Of a stretch of DNA of 64,000 nt, positions 43,908 through 52,297 are shown piece by piece. Position 1 is the first letter of the stretch. Every line of letters begins with the position of its first letter. The DNA is from Escherichia coli (lineage in GTDB: Bacteria; Pseudomonadota; Gammaproteobacteria; Enterobacterales; Enterobacteriaceae). Both the position numbers and the translations under genes were made by a program. The stretch is taken from NCBI RefSeq assembly GCF_041248615.1, contig NZ_CP158426.1. One strand, written 5' to 3'. Below the pieces are notes generated by a model, which did not search any database, had not been told where the DNA came from, and saw nothing but the letters and a program-made list of their open reading frames with translations.

Positions 43908-44732
43908 CTATTTCTTCTCTGTAATTTTTACTCTGTTTTCCAACTGCTTGATGCTGACCTGCTGGGTCGGCAACTCCTCAGGCATGGTTCCGCCAAGTTC
44001 CTGAATGGTTTGCCTCACCTTGCGGCCCACGTCAAAGTGTGTGGTGTTAGCTTGCTGTTTTGAATTCACGCCATCCCGCTTGAGTTTTTCTTCTGTTTGG
44101 GTAGCTCGAAAGAGATTAGCCGCCAGTTCTGTTGAACCCATATGATCCAGGATCTTCTGACTCTTTTTCAGCCCCTTCCGCTGATGGATGGCTTTCTGAT
44201 CTAATCCACCATACAGTCCCCGGTAACCATGATTCTGAAATATGGCGAAATCGATAGCTGTCGCTACCCCAGCTTGCTGCGCTGCCTCAACTAATTGTTT
44301 GTTATGTTCTTTCAACTCATTTCTCAGAAAAAGACGCTTTTCGTCTTCACGAAGTTGCCTGAAAGCTTCATCGTCAGCCAGCTCCTGCCGTCGGGTCTGG
44401 ATAGCAAAATAAGTTTGTCCTGCCGCAATAACCGGTTTCGCAGGGTCGCCGTTTTGTACTACCAGGTAACAGGCATAGCGGGAGAGTACGATGTCTTTTA
44501 ATGCTCTTTTGGCATTTGAGCCAATTTTGACCATATCGAGGATCTCCTCGAAATGGTCATCAATGGTGTGACCACTATTCAGACAAGCTTCTTTGGCGCG
44601 CGTTAATACAGGTATAAAGTGACGATACTCTGAATAACCCAGTAGTTTTCCAAGTTGTCTTGCTGACCATTGTTCTGCTCCGTTTGCATTAATCAGCTTT
44701 ATCTCTTCAAAAGGTTGATGATGTTCGTTCAT
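43908..44732 (-). CDS. dinD: DinD DNA-damage-inducible protein
   Basis: MNEHHQPFEEIKLINANGAEQWSARQLGKLLGYSEYRHFIPVLTRAKEAC... gives 274 aa. Confidence 0.95.
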   Translation of the reverse strand: MNEHHQPFEEIKLINANGAEQWSARQLGKLLGYSEYRHFIPVLTRAKEACLNSGHTIDDHFEEILDMVKIGSNAKRALKDIVLSRYACYLVVQNGDPAKPVIAAGQTYFAIQTRRQELADDEAFRQLREDEKRLFLRNELKEHNKQLVEAAQQAGVATAIDFAIFQNHGYRGLYGGLDQKAIHQRKGLKKSQKILDHMGSTELAANLFRATQTEEKLKRDGVNSKQQANTTHFDVGRKVRQTIQELGGTMPEELPTQQVSIKQLENRVKITEKK

Positions 44733-44775
44733 TGCCCACTCCATGTGATATCGATTGCAAGGAAAGTAAGTCTAC

Positions 44776-44795
44776 AACTGTGTTTATATACAGTT
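44776..44795 (-). promoter_or_regulatory. LexA box of dinD
   Basis: The minus strand reads AACTGTATATAAACACAGTT (CTGT-N8-ACAG), 44 bp upstream of the dinD ATG. This matches the known dinD SOS box position. Confidence 0.85.
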
Positions 44796-44886
44796 GTAAG
44801 TATCTCACGTTCTCACTGCGCTGGGCAAAAAAACATCGCAAAATCTGGAGCAGGCACGCAAAACAGAATTGAATGTTGCGGGGAGG

Positions 44887-44919
44887 AAAAATGCCGCTCT
44901 GTTTGAGTGGGCGGCATTT
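44887..44919 (-). terminator. Rho-independent terminator (native yicC terminator)
   Basis: The minus strand has AAATGCCGC-13 nt loop-GCGGCATTT followed by TT (T5 in total). It lies 35 nt downstream of the yicC-type stop codon at 44954-44956. Confidence 0.7.
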
Positions 44920-44953
44920 GTGAAGGCTGAAAAGGAAGAATTGGCGTTACGAG

Positions 44954-44974
44954 TTATTCAATATTCTGAATCTG
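44954..44974 (-). pseudogene. yicC: Displaced 3' tail of yicC (last six codons + stop) marking the left junction of the inserted element
   Basis: The minus frame reads ...AALKPILYK QIQNIE*. K-12 YicC ends ...REQIQNIE as I remember it. Similarity stops upstream of QIQNIE, so the identity (att core) is about 21 bp plus downstream sequence. Confidence 0.5.
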
Positions 44975-45035
44975 TTTGTAGAGTATTGGCTTCAATGCCG
45001 CATTGTAGCTGGTTTATTTCTAATGCGGTTTTTGA

Positions 45036-45057
45036 TTATGTACACCCTTATGTACAC
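45036..45057 (+). repeat. Tandem 10-bp direct repeat TTATGTACAC (12-bp period) ~60 bp inside the element's left end
   Basis: TTATGTACAC-cc-TTATGTACAC. Its position fits an arm-type Int/Xis binding site, but that is inference only. Confidence 0.4.
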
Positions 45058-45442
45058 GGTTTTTTCGGGTGCTTTGGCCAGAAGCCATTGTCTACATCCC
45101 TCACGATCGAGGTGTGTAACCATGTTCAGGCTTGTTGTCCTGCGCGCGCGTATTGCTCGTGAAATTGCTGTAACCAATAGTGATGTCCGAAAAAACCTCC
45201 GTTCTCACATGAAACAGCCATGTGCAACTGGTAACTGAATAGACTGGTAGACCGTTCGTTCAGTAAATACCTGATATTTTCGCCAACGAGAAATTGCGTT
45301 GGCTGGCAGAGTACAAATTTGCACGATGACCTAACCCATTGATTTTTTCGAAAACCTACAATGCAGGAAGCCGGATAACACCATTTTTATAGCTCCGATC
45401 CCTTCAAAGTGAGGGGGAATTTGCCAAAACAGAGAGAGAGCA

Positions 45443-45730
45443 TTACTGTCTCTGGCAATCTTTATCGCGATAACGCCTGAAGTACCCTCTCGCTTCCTCA
45501 TCCATACCAAGAGCCGAATGAGTCCGCTTAACTGCCTGTCTTAAATCTCCGAATCTGTCTGTAGTTGCTGGTGGGCGTGCCGCCTTACGGATACATTCAG
45601 AGCGTCTGTTTGCTGCATGTTCACGTTCTTTATCGCCATCTGCCAGCATCATGACTTCTGCCCATCGTGCGGCAGCTCTCCGGTATAGCCCTTTTGACTC
45701 CAGCTCTTCAGCTTTCCTGTCCCTTATCAT
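45443..45730 (-). CDS. PerC-family transcriptional activator
   Basis: 95 aa. MIRDRKAEELESKGLYRRAAARWAEVMMLADGDKEREHAANRRSECI... is the PerC/Pch signature (AEELE.KGLYRRAA.RW). Confidence 0.75.
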   Translation of the reverse strand: MIRDRKAEELESKGLYRRAAARWAEVMMLADGDKEREHAANRRSECIRKAARPPATTDRFGDLRQAVKRTHSALGMDEEARGYFRRYRDKDCQRQ

Positions 45731-45766
45731 TTCTGCCTCTCAGATTATATAGATAAGCAAAAAGGT

Positions 45767-45887
45767 GTTGGTTCAGTTGGTTCAGTTGGTTCAATTTGTA
45801 AAGATCGTTGTTTTTATTGTGTTTTTTCTGAAATGTTGAACCAACATCAACTCATTTTGAACCAACACAGCCCAGCTCTGAACCAAC
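45767..45887. repeat. Iteron cluster A: 3x GTTGGTTCA (contiguous, 9-bp period) + AT-rich spacer + 3x inverted TGAACCAAC (21-bp period)
   Basis: Direct copies are at 45767, 45776 and 45785. Inverted copies are at 45837, 45858 and 45879. Positions 45760-45804 are 45/45 identical to the reverse complement of 54129-54173. Confidence 0.8.
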
Positions 45888-45940
45888 AACACAGCGATAG
45901 CTTTGTGATTGGTCCGTTATTTTCTGGCTGATATTTGAGC

Positions 45941-45972
45941 GTATAACAGTGTTATACAGTGGTATACTGTAT
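45941..45972. promoter_or_regulatory. Two overlapping perfect palindromes upstream of the RHH gene (candidate operators)
   Basis: GTATAAC-agt-GTTATAC spans 45941-45957 and ATACAGT-ggtat-ACTGTAT spans 45954-45972. They lie 18-50 bp upstream of the ATG at 45990 and overlap TATAAC/TATACT -10-like hexamers. Confidence 0.5.
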
Positions 45973-45989
45973 GGATATTACTCACTGAT

Positions 45990-46430
45990 ATGGTCTTTGC
46001 AATGAGCAAATCTAATCTGATCGCGTTCCGCATCCCATCTGAATTGCAGGATGAGTTTAATCGGTCTGTTCTCGCTTCTGGAGGGGATAAAACCTCCTGG
46101 CTTGTTGATGCGATTCGCATGAAGCTGGGACAGCCGGAAAAGTCTATTGATTCACGAATGCTTGGGCTGGTGGAGCGCATGGAAAAAGCCGCAGCATCGC
46201 TTATTGCCGGAAAGCCGAACATCCCACCAAAGCCATATAACGAAACGGCAGTTATAAAGATCATTGCCGATACCATCCGACAGGGATTTGATAATGGGCG
46301 TGTGATAGCGGAACGGCTCAATGAAGCAGGCTACCAAACAAAAGCTGGTAAAGCGTGGGATAAAGACATTTACAGCGCGTGGAAGCGTCAGGGTAACAAT
46401 ATTAAAAGAATCAATACGCTGCTTCAGTAA
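45990..46430 (+). CDS. Ribbon-helix-helix-type DNA-binding protein with recombinase-like C-terminal domain
   Basis: 146 aa. The N-terminus SNLIAFRIPSELQDEFNRSVLASGGDKTSWLVDAIRMKL has an RHH pattern. The C-terminus ...IAERLNEAGYQTKAGKAWDKDIYSAWKRQ resembles the LN..G..T..G..W motif of the serine-recombinase 'recombinase' domain. The start may be 46002. Confidence 0.6.
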   Translation: MVFAMSKSNLIAFRIPSELQDEFNRSVLASGGDKTSWLVDAIRMKLGQPEKSIDSRMLGLVERMEKAAASLIAGKPNIPPKPYNETAVIKIIADTIRQGFDNGRVIAERLNEAGYQTKAGKAWDKDIYSAWKRQGNNIKRINTLLQ

Positions 46431-46459
46431 TTGATCAGTGTATAAATGATATTTATCGC

Positions 46460-47437
46460 TCAATCGCTCCCTTTCCGCCCTTCAGCTACAGGGTCGTTGT
46501 CGGCGATAACAAAACCTAAGTCCTGAGAGAATCTCTCTCGTGGGAATCCTTTAGCAGGTAAACCCATTGAATCATATCCACATCCGGGAACATTTGGTTT
46601 AGAGTCAATAAGGTCTGCAATTTGCCGAAGCCATGTTGATCCCGGACCAAGTCGTTTAACTAAGTACCAGATAATACAGATCGCGCTAAAAATCCTCTCG
46701 CAACTCTCTGGATGGAGATTAAGTCCGTCAAAGTATTCATTATCCGGTACTGGAACTCGGGGATGCTTTCTATTCCATATTCTGGAATGGTGAGCGCAAC
46801 GATTCCTTATGAGATTAAGGCACTTCAACCATTTTGCAAATGTCTGCTTATTATCAATGCCAAAACGACGTATAATTTTCCCCTGCATATGACCATTAAG
46901 CATCGCATAATATTTAGACATCTGACCAAAATCCCAGGTCTCCACCGCCACCCAAAATGGAATCTCCTTGCCTTGGCTTCGATGCCATTCAATACAGTCA
47001 TCTCTGCTTTCGTCTAATTTTACTTTTTGCTTATACACCCAATGCTCGAAGGCAGATGAGAATTTTGGATTAATGTATTTTGATGACATGTAGGCAAGTG
47101 GATCATTGCGACCAACCTCATGCGCGATGACTGAACGAACATGAATCTCTATTCTTTCGATAGCATCAATCATCAAAAGACGCAGTTTTTTGTCAAAAAG
47201 ATATAGATCGTACGTCTTCTCGAAACTGGTACCAGCAAGAAATCGGTCTGTTCTGTACGAAAGACCTTTATCTGTTGTCGCAATAATTCTTGATGGGTAC
47301 CAAAAACCTGACAATCGATAATATCCAACCTGCGACAGCTTACGTATCGCACGATTTCGATCATTGATAATCATGCCACGTTCAAGTAGCAATCCTAGCA
47401 ATTCGTGATAGTCCTTATGAGGCTTTGCGGCAATCAT
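46460..47437 (-). CDS. Abi_2 (AbiD/AbiF-like) abortive-infection family protein
   Basis: MIAAKPHKDYHELLGLLLERGMII...YYRLSGFWYP...FWVAVETWDFGQMSKYY...LNLIRNRCAHHSRIWNR carries the hallmark R/N..AHH.R.WN motif. The track ORF starts 15 codons upstream. Confidence 0.8.
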   Translation of the reverse strand: MIAAKPHKDYHELLGLLLERGMIINDRNRAIRKLSQVGYYRLSGFWYPSRIIATTDKGLSYRTDRFLAGTSFEKTYDLYLFDKKLRLLMIDAIERIEIHVRSVIAHEVGRNDPLAYMSSKYINPKFSSAFEHWVYKQKVKLDESRDDCIEWHRSQGKEIPFWVAVETWDFGQMSKYYAMLNGHMQGKIIRRFGIDNKQTFAKWLKCLNLIRNRCAHHSRIWNRKHPRVPVPDNEYFDGLNLHPESCERIFSAICIIWYLVKRLGPGSTWLRQIADLIDSKPNVPGCGYDSMGLPAKGFPRERFSQDLGFVIADNDPVAEGRKGSD

Positions 47438-47910
47438 AGTGGCGAAACAAAAGATAATAAAAGGCCCGACCGTGAAACTCACATGCCTGAAATCGGCGGC
47501 GGAGAAACAGAGGATCGGGCTCGGTTGCCTGTAACTCTATCCGAAGTTATCCACATGTCAATGCACAGTTACTTAGGAAACTAACATAGATACTATCATC
47601 ACTCACGAAAAACCACTATATGTGGTTTTTATTCATATTGTTATCCACTACAGGCTGTGTCAATAACTTTTACCTATTAATTGGGTAATTTCTACATTTT
47701 CCTATGCTGGCTAGTTTCTCTACTGAAAAGTTGGCACTCCTTAATCGCTTTTCGGTTAATACTATCGGTCTTCATATTGCCAGCAGCATACGCCATCCGA
47801 TAATTTCTATGCTACGCGCGCGTACTTGTCGCAAAATATCAGGCAAAGGCCAGATTCAGAACGTCGTGATAACCACCAGCACAACATGAGATGTCATGTA
47901 ACGCGATTTA

Positions 47911-48170
47911 TCACACCAGATACATGTGATTGGTGTACCCGCATAAAACATCGTCATAGCGCGTCCTGTGCGCATATACGCCGATAATCAACACATCACC
48001 ACCACTCTGTCTTATGTAGAGAACAGTTTTATGGTGCTCCCCGCCATCGTGTGCGTACTGGTCGGACGTAGTTGCAAAATTTTTTGCAACTGATACCCCT
48101 CGCGCGCGTACTGGTCACGAAATTGGTGTTTTGCTGTGGCAGTGATATCAGAAAAATCTTCCTGTTTCAC
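47911..48170 (-). pseudogene. Possible frameshifted RelE/ParE-like toxin remnant
   Basis: The N-terminal frame (from GTG 48170) reads KQEDFSDITATAKHQFRDQYAREGYQLQKILQLRP... A second frame, shifted by one nucleotide, reads ...HKTVLYIRQSGGDVLIIGVYAHRTRYDDVL...*. Joined, they would give about 86 aa with a ParE-like C-terminus. No antitoxin partner is recognised. Confidence 0.3.
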
Positions 48171-48309
48171 ATAAAGCGGATATGCGCGTACTGTAACGGC
48201 CCCATCAACTGGGAGCGGATTTGAAATCCCGACCCAAGCTATGTACCAAATGCCATGTCTTGGATATATGATGATTGCCATTCTAAACAACGCTAAAGGG
48301 AGGGTTGGT

Positions 48310-48708
48310 GTGAATCAATTGAAGCGATTGGTTGTCTCCGGTTTATTATTTGCTTCTTTTGGAGCGAACGCTGAATGCTGGATTATTGGTGATCTGAAAG
48401 GACAAGAAGCCTCAAGTTCAGATGGGTATAACTATAAGTTATCATCTATACCAGATACCTTTCATTTGGTAATAAGTAAAGAGAAGGCGGATCTTATCTT
48501 GGCAAAAGATGGTATAGGTGGAGGTATTGATTATTACCCGCTATCTCCGAATGCCATGATGGGAAGAAGCTATCGAGATGGTCAACTGACGCTTGTCACA
48601 TGGGCAATCTCAAATGACGGAAAAGTGATCCATACACGAACAATTAGTCGATCTGATATAGGCTCATTTACAGGCTCATTTGTCGGCAATGTTAAAGGCA
48701 AGTGTTAA
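48310..48708 (+). CDS. Secreted 132-aa protein of unknown function
   Basis: GTG start, 6 nt after AAAGGGAGGG. The signal peptide is (M)NQLKRLVVSGLLFASFGANA|ECWIIG. It is low-GC and I recognise no family. Confidence 0.6.
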   Translation: MNQLKRLVVSGLLFASFGANAECWIIGDLKGQEASSSDGYNYKLSSIPDTFHLVISKEKADLILAKDGIGGGIDYYPLSPNAMMGRSYRDGQLTLVTWAISNDGKVIHTRTISRSDIGSFTGSFVGNVKGKC

Positions 48709-48770
48709 TGTTCATAACTATTTGAAAAAAATACTAATTACTATTATAACCAACCATCCATGGCCATCTG

Positions 48771-50876
48771 TTATTGAGCTTCCTTTTGCGATGCTTGTGC
48801 TGCTGTGGTCAGTGATTGTGTGACCGTACTGATCGCTCTGTCATATGCTGTGCTACCTTTTGGCGTATTTGCCAGACGTAACAAGGCATTTCGTATAACA
48901 GGGCTTTCGTATGCCTTCGCTGCTCCGCCTACGGCACCAGCAGCAGGAACAACAAACGCAGCCGTTTTTAGCATCCCCGCTAATACTGCTGCGTTTATGA
49001 TGCCACCACCAACTAACAATCCATAAAGCTGCTGACCATTTAAGTTTTGAACGTTCGCTTTTGCCGCGTGTCTTGTATCGTTGAGGTATTTAATAACGCC
49101 GTCCAGTTCCTTTCCATGTACGCCTTTAAAGAAAGTTGCTGATTGCTTCCTGTTCCGGTGTAACGCATTAATAAACTTCTCAACACTGATATTTCCAGAC
49201 GGATCAGTCGCCTTATCTACAGCATTCTGAACTATAGCTGCTCGTGCGTTTTGCCTACCATTGTCATCCAGAAGCCTGTAAAGCTGAGAACGTTCTGATG
49301 GGCTTTGGCTAAAAACGAGTTTTGTTACATCCTCAGGCGTGGCCTTGCCGCTGGCTATTGCCTTTTGAACGCGCGTTCTTCCCATCATGTCATTGAATTT
49401 AGACCATGAGCGATCAACCCTTGCCATATTAATGGCTTCGTCTGCTCCAAGATTTTTGGCTACGGCTTTTTTCATATCCGCCGTATATGCCTTGTAGATA
49501 ATATCGCTGGCTTTCTGGAGCGTATCTTTATCAACAGTGTCAGATGACGCCATAAATCGCTTTCGAAGATCGGTTCTGTTTTCCCTCGCCAGACGCAGGT
49601 CATTTGGTCCGCTGGTGATATCGTCTTTAAATTGCTGCAAGACTTTTACCGCGGCTCTATCCTGAGATTTGCCCGGGCGGCTTAACACGGCAATCTGATT
49701 GTCGATAGCTTTTACCGTGTTTGAGAGATCGACAGGGGTATCCCCCATAGCGTCAATTATGCGGTTATATCGCTTTCCTGCTGCCTCAATGAATTTTTGT
49801 TGCCCTTTAGTCGCAGATTCATAAAGCTGTTTATCAGAAATGCCACCCAGACCATCGCTAAATGTTCTGACTAAATTTTCTCGTGCTTGTTGTTGATTCA
49901 GCCGATTCTTACCGGTTCCAAAAAAAGGAACTCTTTCGCCTAATGTCTGAGCCTGACTCTGCATAAAGGTTTTATCTTTCAACATGTCACTGGTCATTAA
50001 CGGCAGATTTCTTTCCGATGCAAAGTCGACAGCAGCCTTTGCTTCAGGCGACATATCACCACGAACAGCCCTCGAAACCGCACTCGCTGTATTTTCCAGC
50101 CCCTTACCAATACCACCAATGCCAGCAGAAATTACCGTTTGTAACGGATCAATATCTTCTCCACCAGCAAGGCTGGTGGCTCCCTGTAGTGCTAAATCTG
50201 TAGCTGCTGATTTCCCTATGGCCCCCAGCACCGTTCCGGCCCTGCCCGCTGGTGTAAACGCCAGCGCATTAGCCAGAAACGATGCCACGTCTTGCGGCGA
50301 TAAACCCGGCTTGTTCAGAGCATAATCACCGGATGGCAGGGAAACGATAGTGTTACCCTTCTCATCCTGCCTTAATTTCGCTCCCATGCTCTGAAGAATC
50401 TTTTCCTGAGATGCGTCAGAGCCGAAAAGTTGAGACCATCGAGCTTTTAGAGCATCCATGCTGAGTGAGGTTAACTCTGGGGCAAGGTCGACATTTTGCA
50501 GTCTCTCCATCTCTGGAGTCATTCGGCTTTCGCCTGTTATAGCATCGCGCATCGCAGCCCCAAGACTGGCTCCCTGTTCTGCTGAACGCTCAAGCCCCTC
50601 TCTTTGCTGAGTAGCTAACTTTGCATACCCTGACGCAAGAGAATTATCAGATGATGTATGTTGAATATTTTGAGTTGCTGATTGGTATCGGTCTATTTCA
50701 TTCGTTGATGGTAGTGGATAGGCAGCATAAAAAGCCTGCTTAGCCTGCTCTACACTTTCTCCGGCTTGCGGGGCAACGACTTCATTAAAGTATTGCTCCT
50801 GAGCCTGCGCTTTTTGTTCTGGTGCTAACGCCTGATACTGTGGAGAGGCGATAACATCTTTCCATGCTTTAGCCAT
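48771..50876 (-). CDS. P22 gp16-like ejection (DNA-transfer) protein candidate
   Basis: 701 aa and the last gene of the operon. It has ...KPGLSPQDVASFLANALAFTPAGRAGTVLGAIGKSAATDL... and a Gly/Ala-rich hydrophobic segment near the C-terminus (LLVGGGIINAAVLAGMLKTAAFVVPAAGAVGGAA). Position and size class match P22 gene 16. Confidence 0.5.
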   Translation of the reverse strand: MAKAWKDVIASPQYQALAPEQKAQAQEQYFNEVVAPQAGESVEQAKQAFYAAYPLPSTNEIDRYQSATQNIQHTSSDNSLASGYAKLATQQREGLERSAEQGASLGAAMRDAITGESRMTPEMERLQNVDLAPELTSLSMDALKARWSQLFGSDASQEKILQSMGAKLRQDEKGNTIVSLPSGDYALNKPGLSPQDVASFLANALAFTPAGRAGTVLGAIGKSAATDLALQGATSLAGGEDIDPLQTVISAGIGGIGKGLENTASAVSRAVRGDMSPEAKAAVDFASERNLPLMTSDMLKDKTFMQSQAQTLGERVPFFGTGKNRLNQQQARENLVRTFSDGLGGISDKQLYESATKGQQKFIEAAGKRYNRIIDAMGDTPVDLSNTVKAIDNQIAVLSRPGKSQDRAAVKVLQQFKDDITSGPNDLRLARENRTDLRKRFMASSDTVDKDTLQKASDIIYKAYTADMKKAVAKNLGADEAINMARVDRSWSKFNDMMGRTRVQKAIASGKATPEDVTKLVFSQSPSERSQLYRLLDDNGRQNARAAIVQNAVDKATDPSGNISVEKFINALHRNRKQSATFFKGVHGKELDGVIKYLNDTRHAAKANVQNLNGQQLYGLLVGGGIINAAVLAGMLKTAAFVVPAAGAVGGAAKAYESPVIRNALLRLANTPKGSTAYDRAISTVTQSLTTAAQASQKEAQ

Positions 50877-52297
50877 TAATCACCCCATAGTGAAGAAAAG
50901 TTACTGCTGGCTGCTGGCTGTGATACCTGCTCAGATTGCGGCAATGTCTGCGACGAAGAAGCAGTTCCTCTGTCAACTGCTGAAATAACCCGCAAAGCAT
51001 CATAAGTTCGACCAGAAGCAGCTTTCAGCGAATTGAACTGGTTTTCCATCTTCCGGCGCTTGGTATCAATGGTTTTTGTGGAGTCGCCAGGCTGAGGGAA
51101 ATACATTTGATAATATTTTGACATTTCAGCAGGTGCGATAGCTGCCCCTGTTTCCTGACGGAGTATTGCCATTATTGCGTCATTAGCATTAACAACGTAT
51201 TGCTGCTCTGCTGGGCTGAGCGTTAAGTTAGCCAGCGTCCCATTACCCAAAGCATTATTAATGATCGCCACTCGCTGTGGGCTAAGCTGGTCTTTCAGTG
51301 TATCTATTGAATCAAGAGCATCCCTAACCCTGTATGCAAATCCAGCAGCTTTTTTAGCCCCATCTGGCGACTTTTCCATGATCTTTTGGGCTGTTGGCAA
51401 AGCTATTGGACGAAACCCATCTCCAGATATTGGCTGGTTTAGTTTTCCCTGCTCTTCACTTCCGTCTGTGTAGTATTTTGTGACAGTGCCATCATCGTTT
51501 TCTCTAACACTCATTAATTTTTTGGCGTTTGTATTAATTCCAGCCGCTGCCGCAAATGCCGCCGCCCCCTCTGGATCCGCCTTTAACATTTGAGCGTACT
51601 GATTGTAATTCTGCATTGCTGCTGTTGGTGCATATGCTGACGTTAACGCATTTGCTCGGTTAATATCCTGCCCTCTCGCCTGAAGTGCTTCGCTGGCCTG
51701 ATTGCTGCGGATTGTCTCTGCCAACTTGCCACGTTCAATATCCCGACCTTCCATTTGATCTTTGATATCGAAATACTTCTCATGACCGAGAGAAAACAGT
51801 GCCATACTACCAGCAAGCCGCTGGAATCCCTGTGGATCATTAACATGCATTTCGGCAACAGACTCAGGAGAAATTCCCAGGCGACGCATTTCATCTTCGT
51901 TATCTGCTATGAATTTTCCAAATGCCCCAGTTCCGAGCGAAGATGCGATTTGAGCACTAGTCGCAAGATGACCAATAGAATTTCTCTGGTCGTCATCAAT
52001 AAAGCCCATCCCTTTCTGAACGCTTTCAAATTCTTCTGGATACTCAGAAATAAGACTGCGCATTTTGTTTCTGTCTCCAGACTCAAAAGCCCCGGCATAT
52101 GCTTTCTGAAACTCTGCTTTACGCTGTTGTTGACGTGCCTGCTGATTAATCTCAGCAACGCCTCTTAGCCCCTGTAGCGCCATTAAACCTACGTTTGGCT
52201 GCTGCTGATACTGCACAGGCTGAGGAACGGAAGAACGAGGAGCATTATCATTTTGCGGTGCCATGCTAGGCAGCCCGCCAAGTTGCCATGTCGCCAT
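50876..52297 (-). CDS. P22 gp20-like ejection protein candidate
   Basis: 473 aa (P22 gp20 is about 471 aa from memory). The N-terminus is Gln-rich. It overlaps both neighbours by 1 nt. Confidence 0.5.
   Translation of the reverse strand: MATWQLGGLPSMAPQNDNAPRSSVPQPVQYQQQPNVGLMALQGLRGVAEINQQARQQQRKAEFQKAYAGAFESGDRNKMRSLISEYPEEFESVQKGMGFIDDDQRNSIGHLATSAQIASSLGTGAFGKFIADNEDEMRRLGISPESVAEMHVNDPQGFQRLAGSMALFSLGHEKYFDIKDQMEGRDIERGKLAETIRSNQASEALQARGQDINRANALTSAYAPTAAMQNYNQYAQMLKADPEGAAAFAAAAGINTNAKKLMSVRENDDGTVTKYYTDGSEEQGKLNQPISGDGFRPIALPTAQKIMEKSPDGAKKAAGFAYRVRDALDSIDTLKDQLSPQRVAIINNALGNGTLANLTLSPAEQQYVVNANDAIMAILRQETGAAIAPAEMSKYYQMYFPQPGDSTKTIDTKRRKMENQFNSLKAASGRTYDALRVISAVDRGTASSSQTLPQSEQVSQPAASSNFSSLWGD

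Noticed and set aside
44869-45238. 97-aa and 71-aa plus-strand ORFs and a 61-aa minus-strand ORF between dinD and the PerC-like gene
   Set aside because: They span the terminator, the yicC tail remnant and the element junction. They have no RBS and odd composition. I treat the region as att/arm DNA.
45954-45972. ATACAGT-ggtat-ACTGTAT considered as a LexA box
   Set aside because: The half-sites are in the wrong order (ACAG...CTGT instead of CTGT-N8-ACAG) and at the wrong spacing. I kept it only as a generic operator palindrome.
45917-46321. 134-aa minus-strand ORF
   Set aside because: It is antisense to the better-supported RHH gene and starts inside the operator palindromes. Its composition is not convincing.
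48012-48290. 92-aa minus-strand ORF taken as an intact gene
   Set aside because: Its N-terminal 40 codons overlap the promoter and RBS region of the divergent secreted-protein gene and look non-coding. Only the distal part, combined with a second frame, resembles a toxin, so I reported it as a low-confidence pseudogene.
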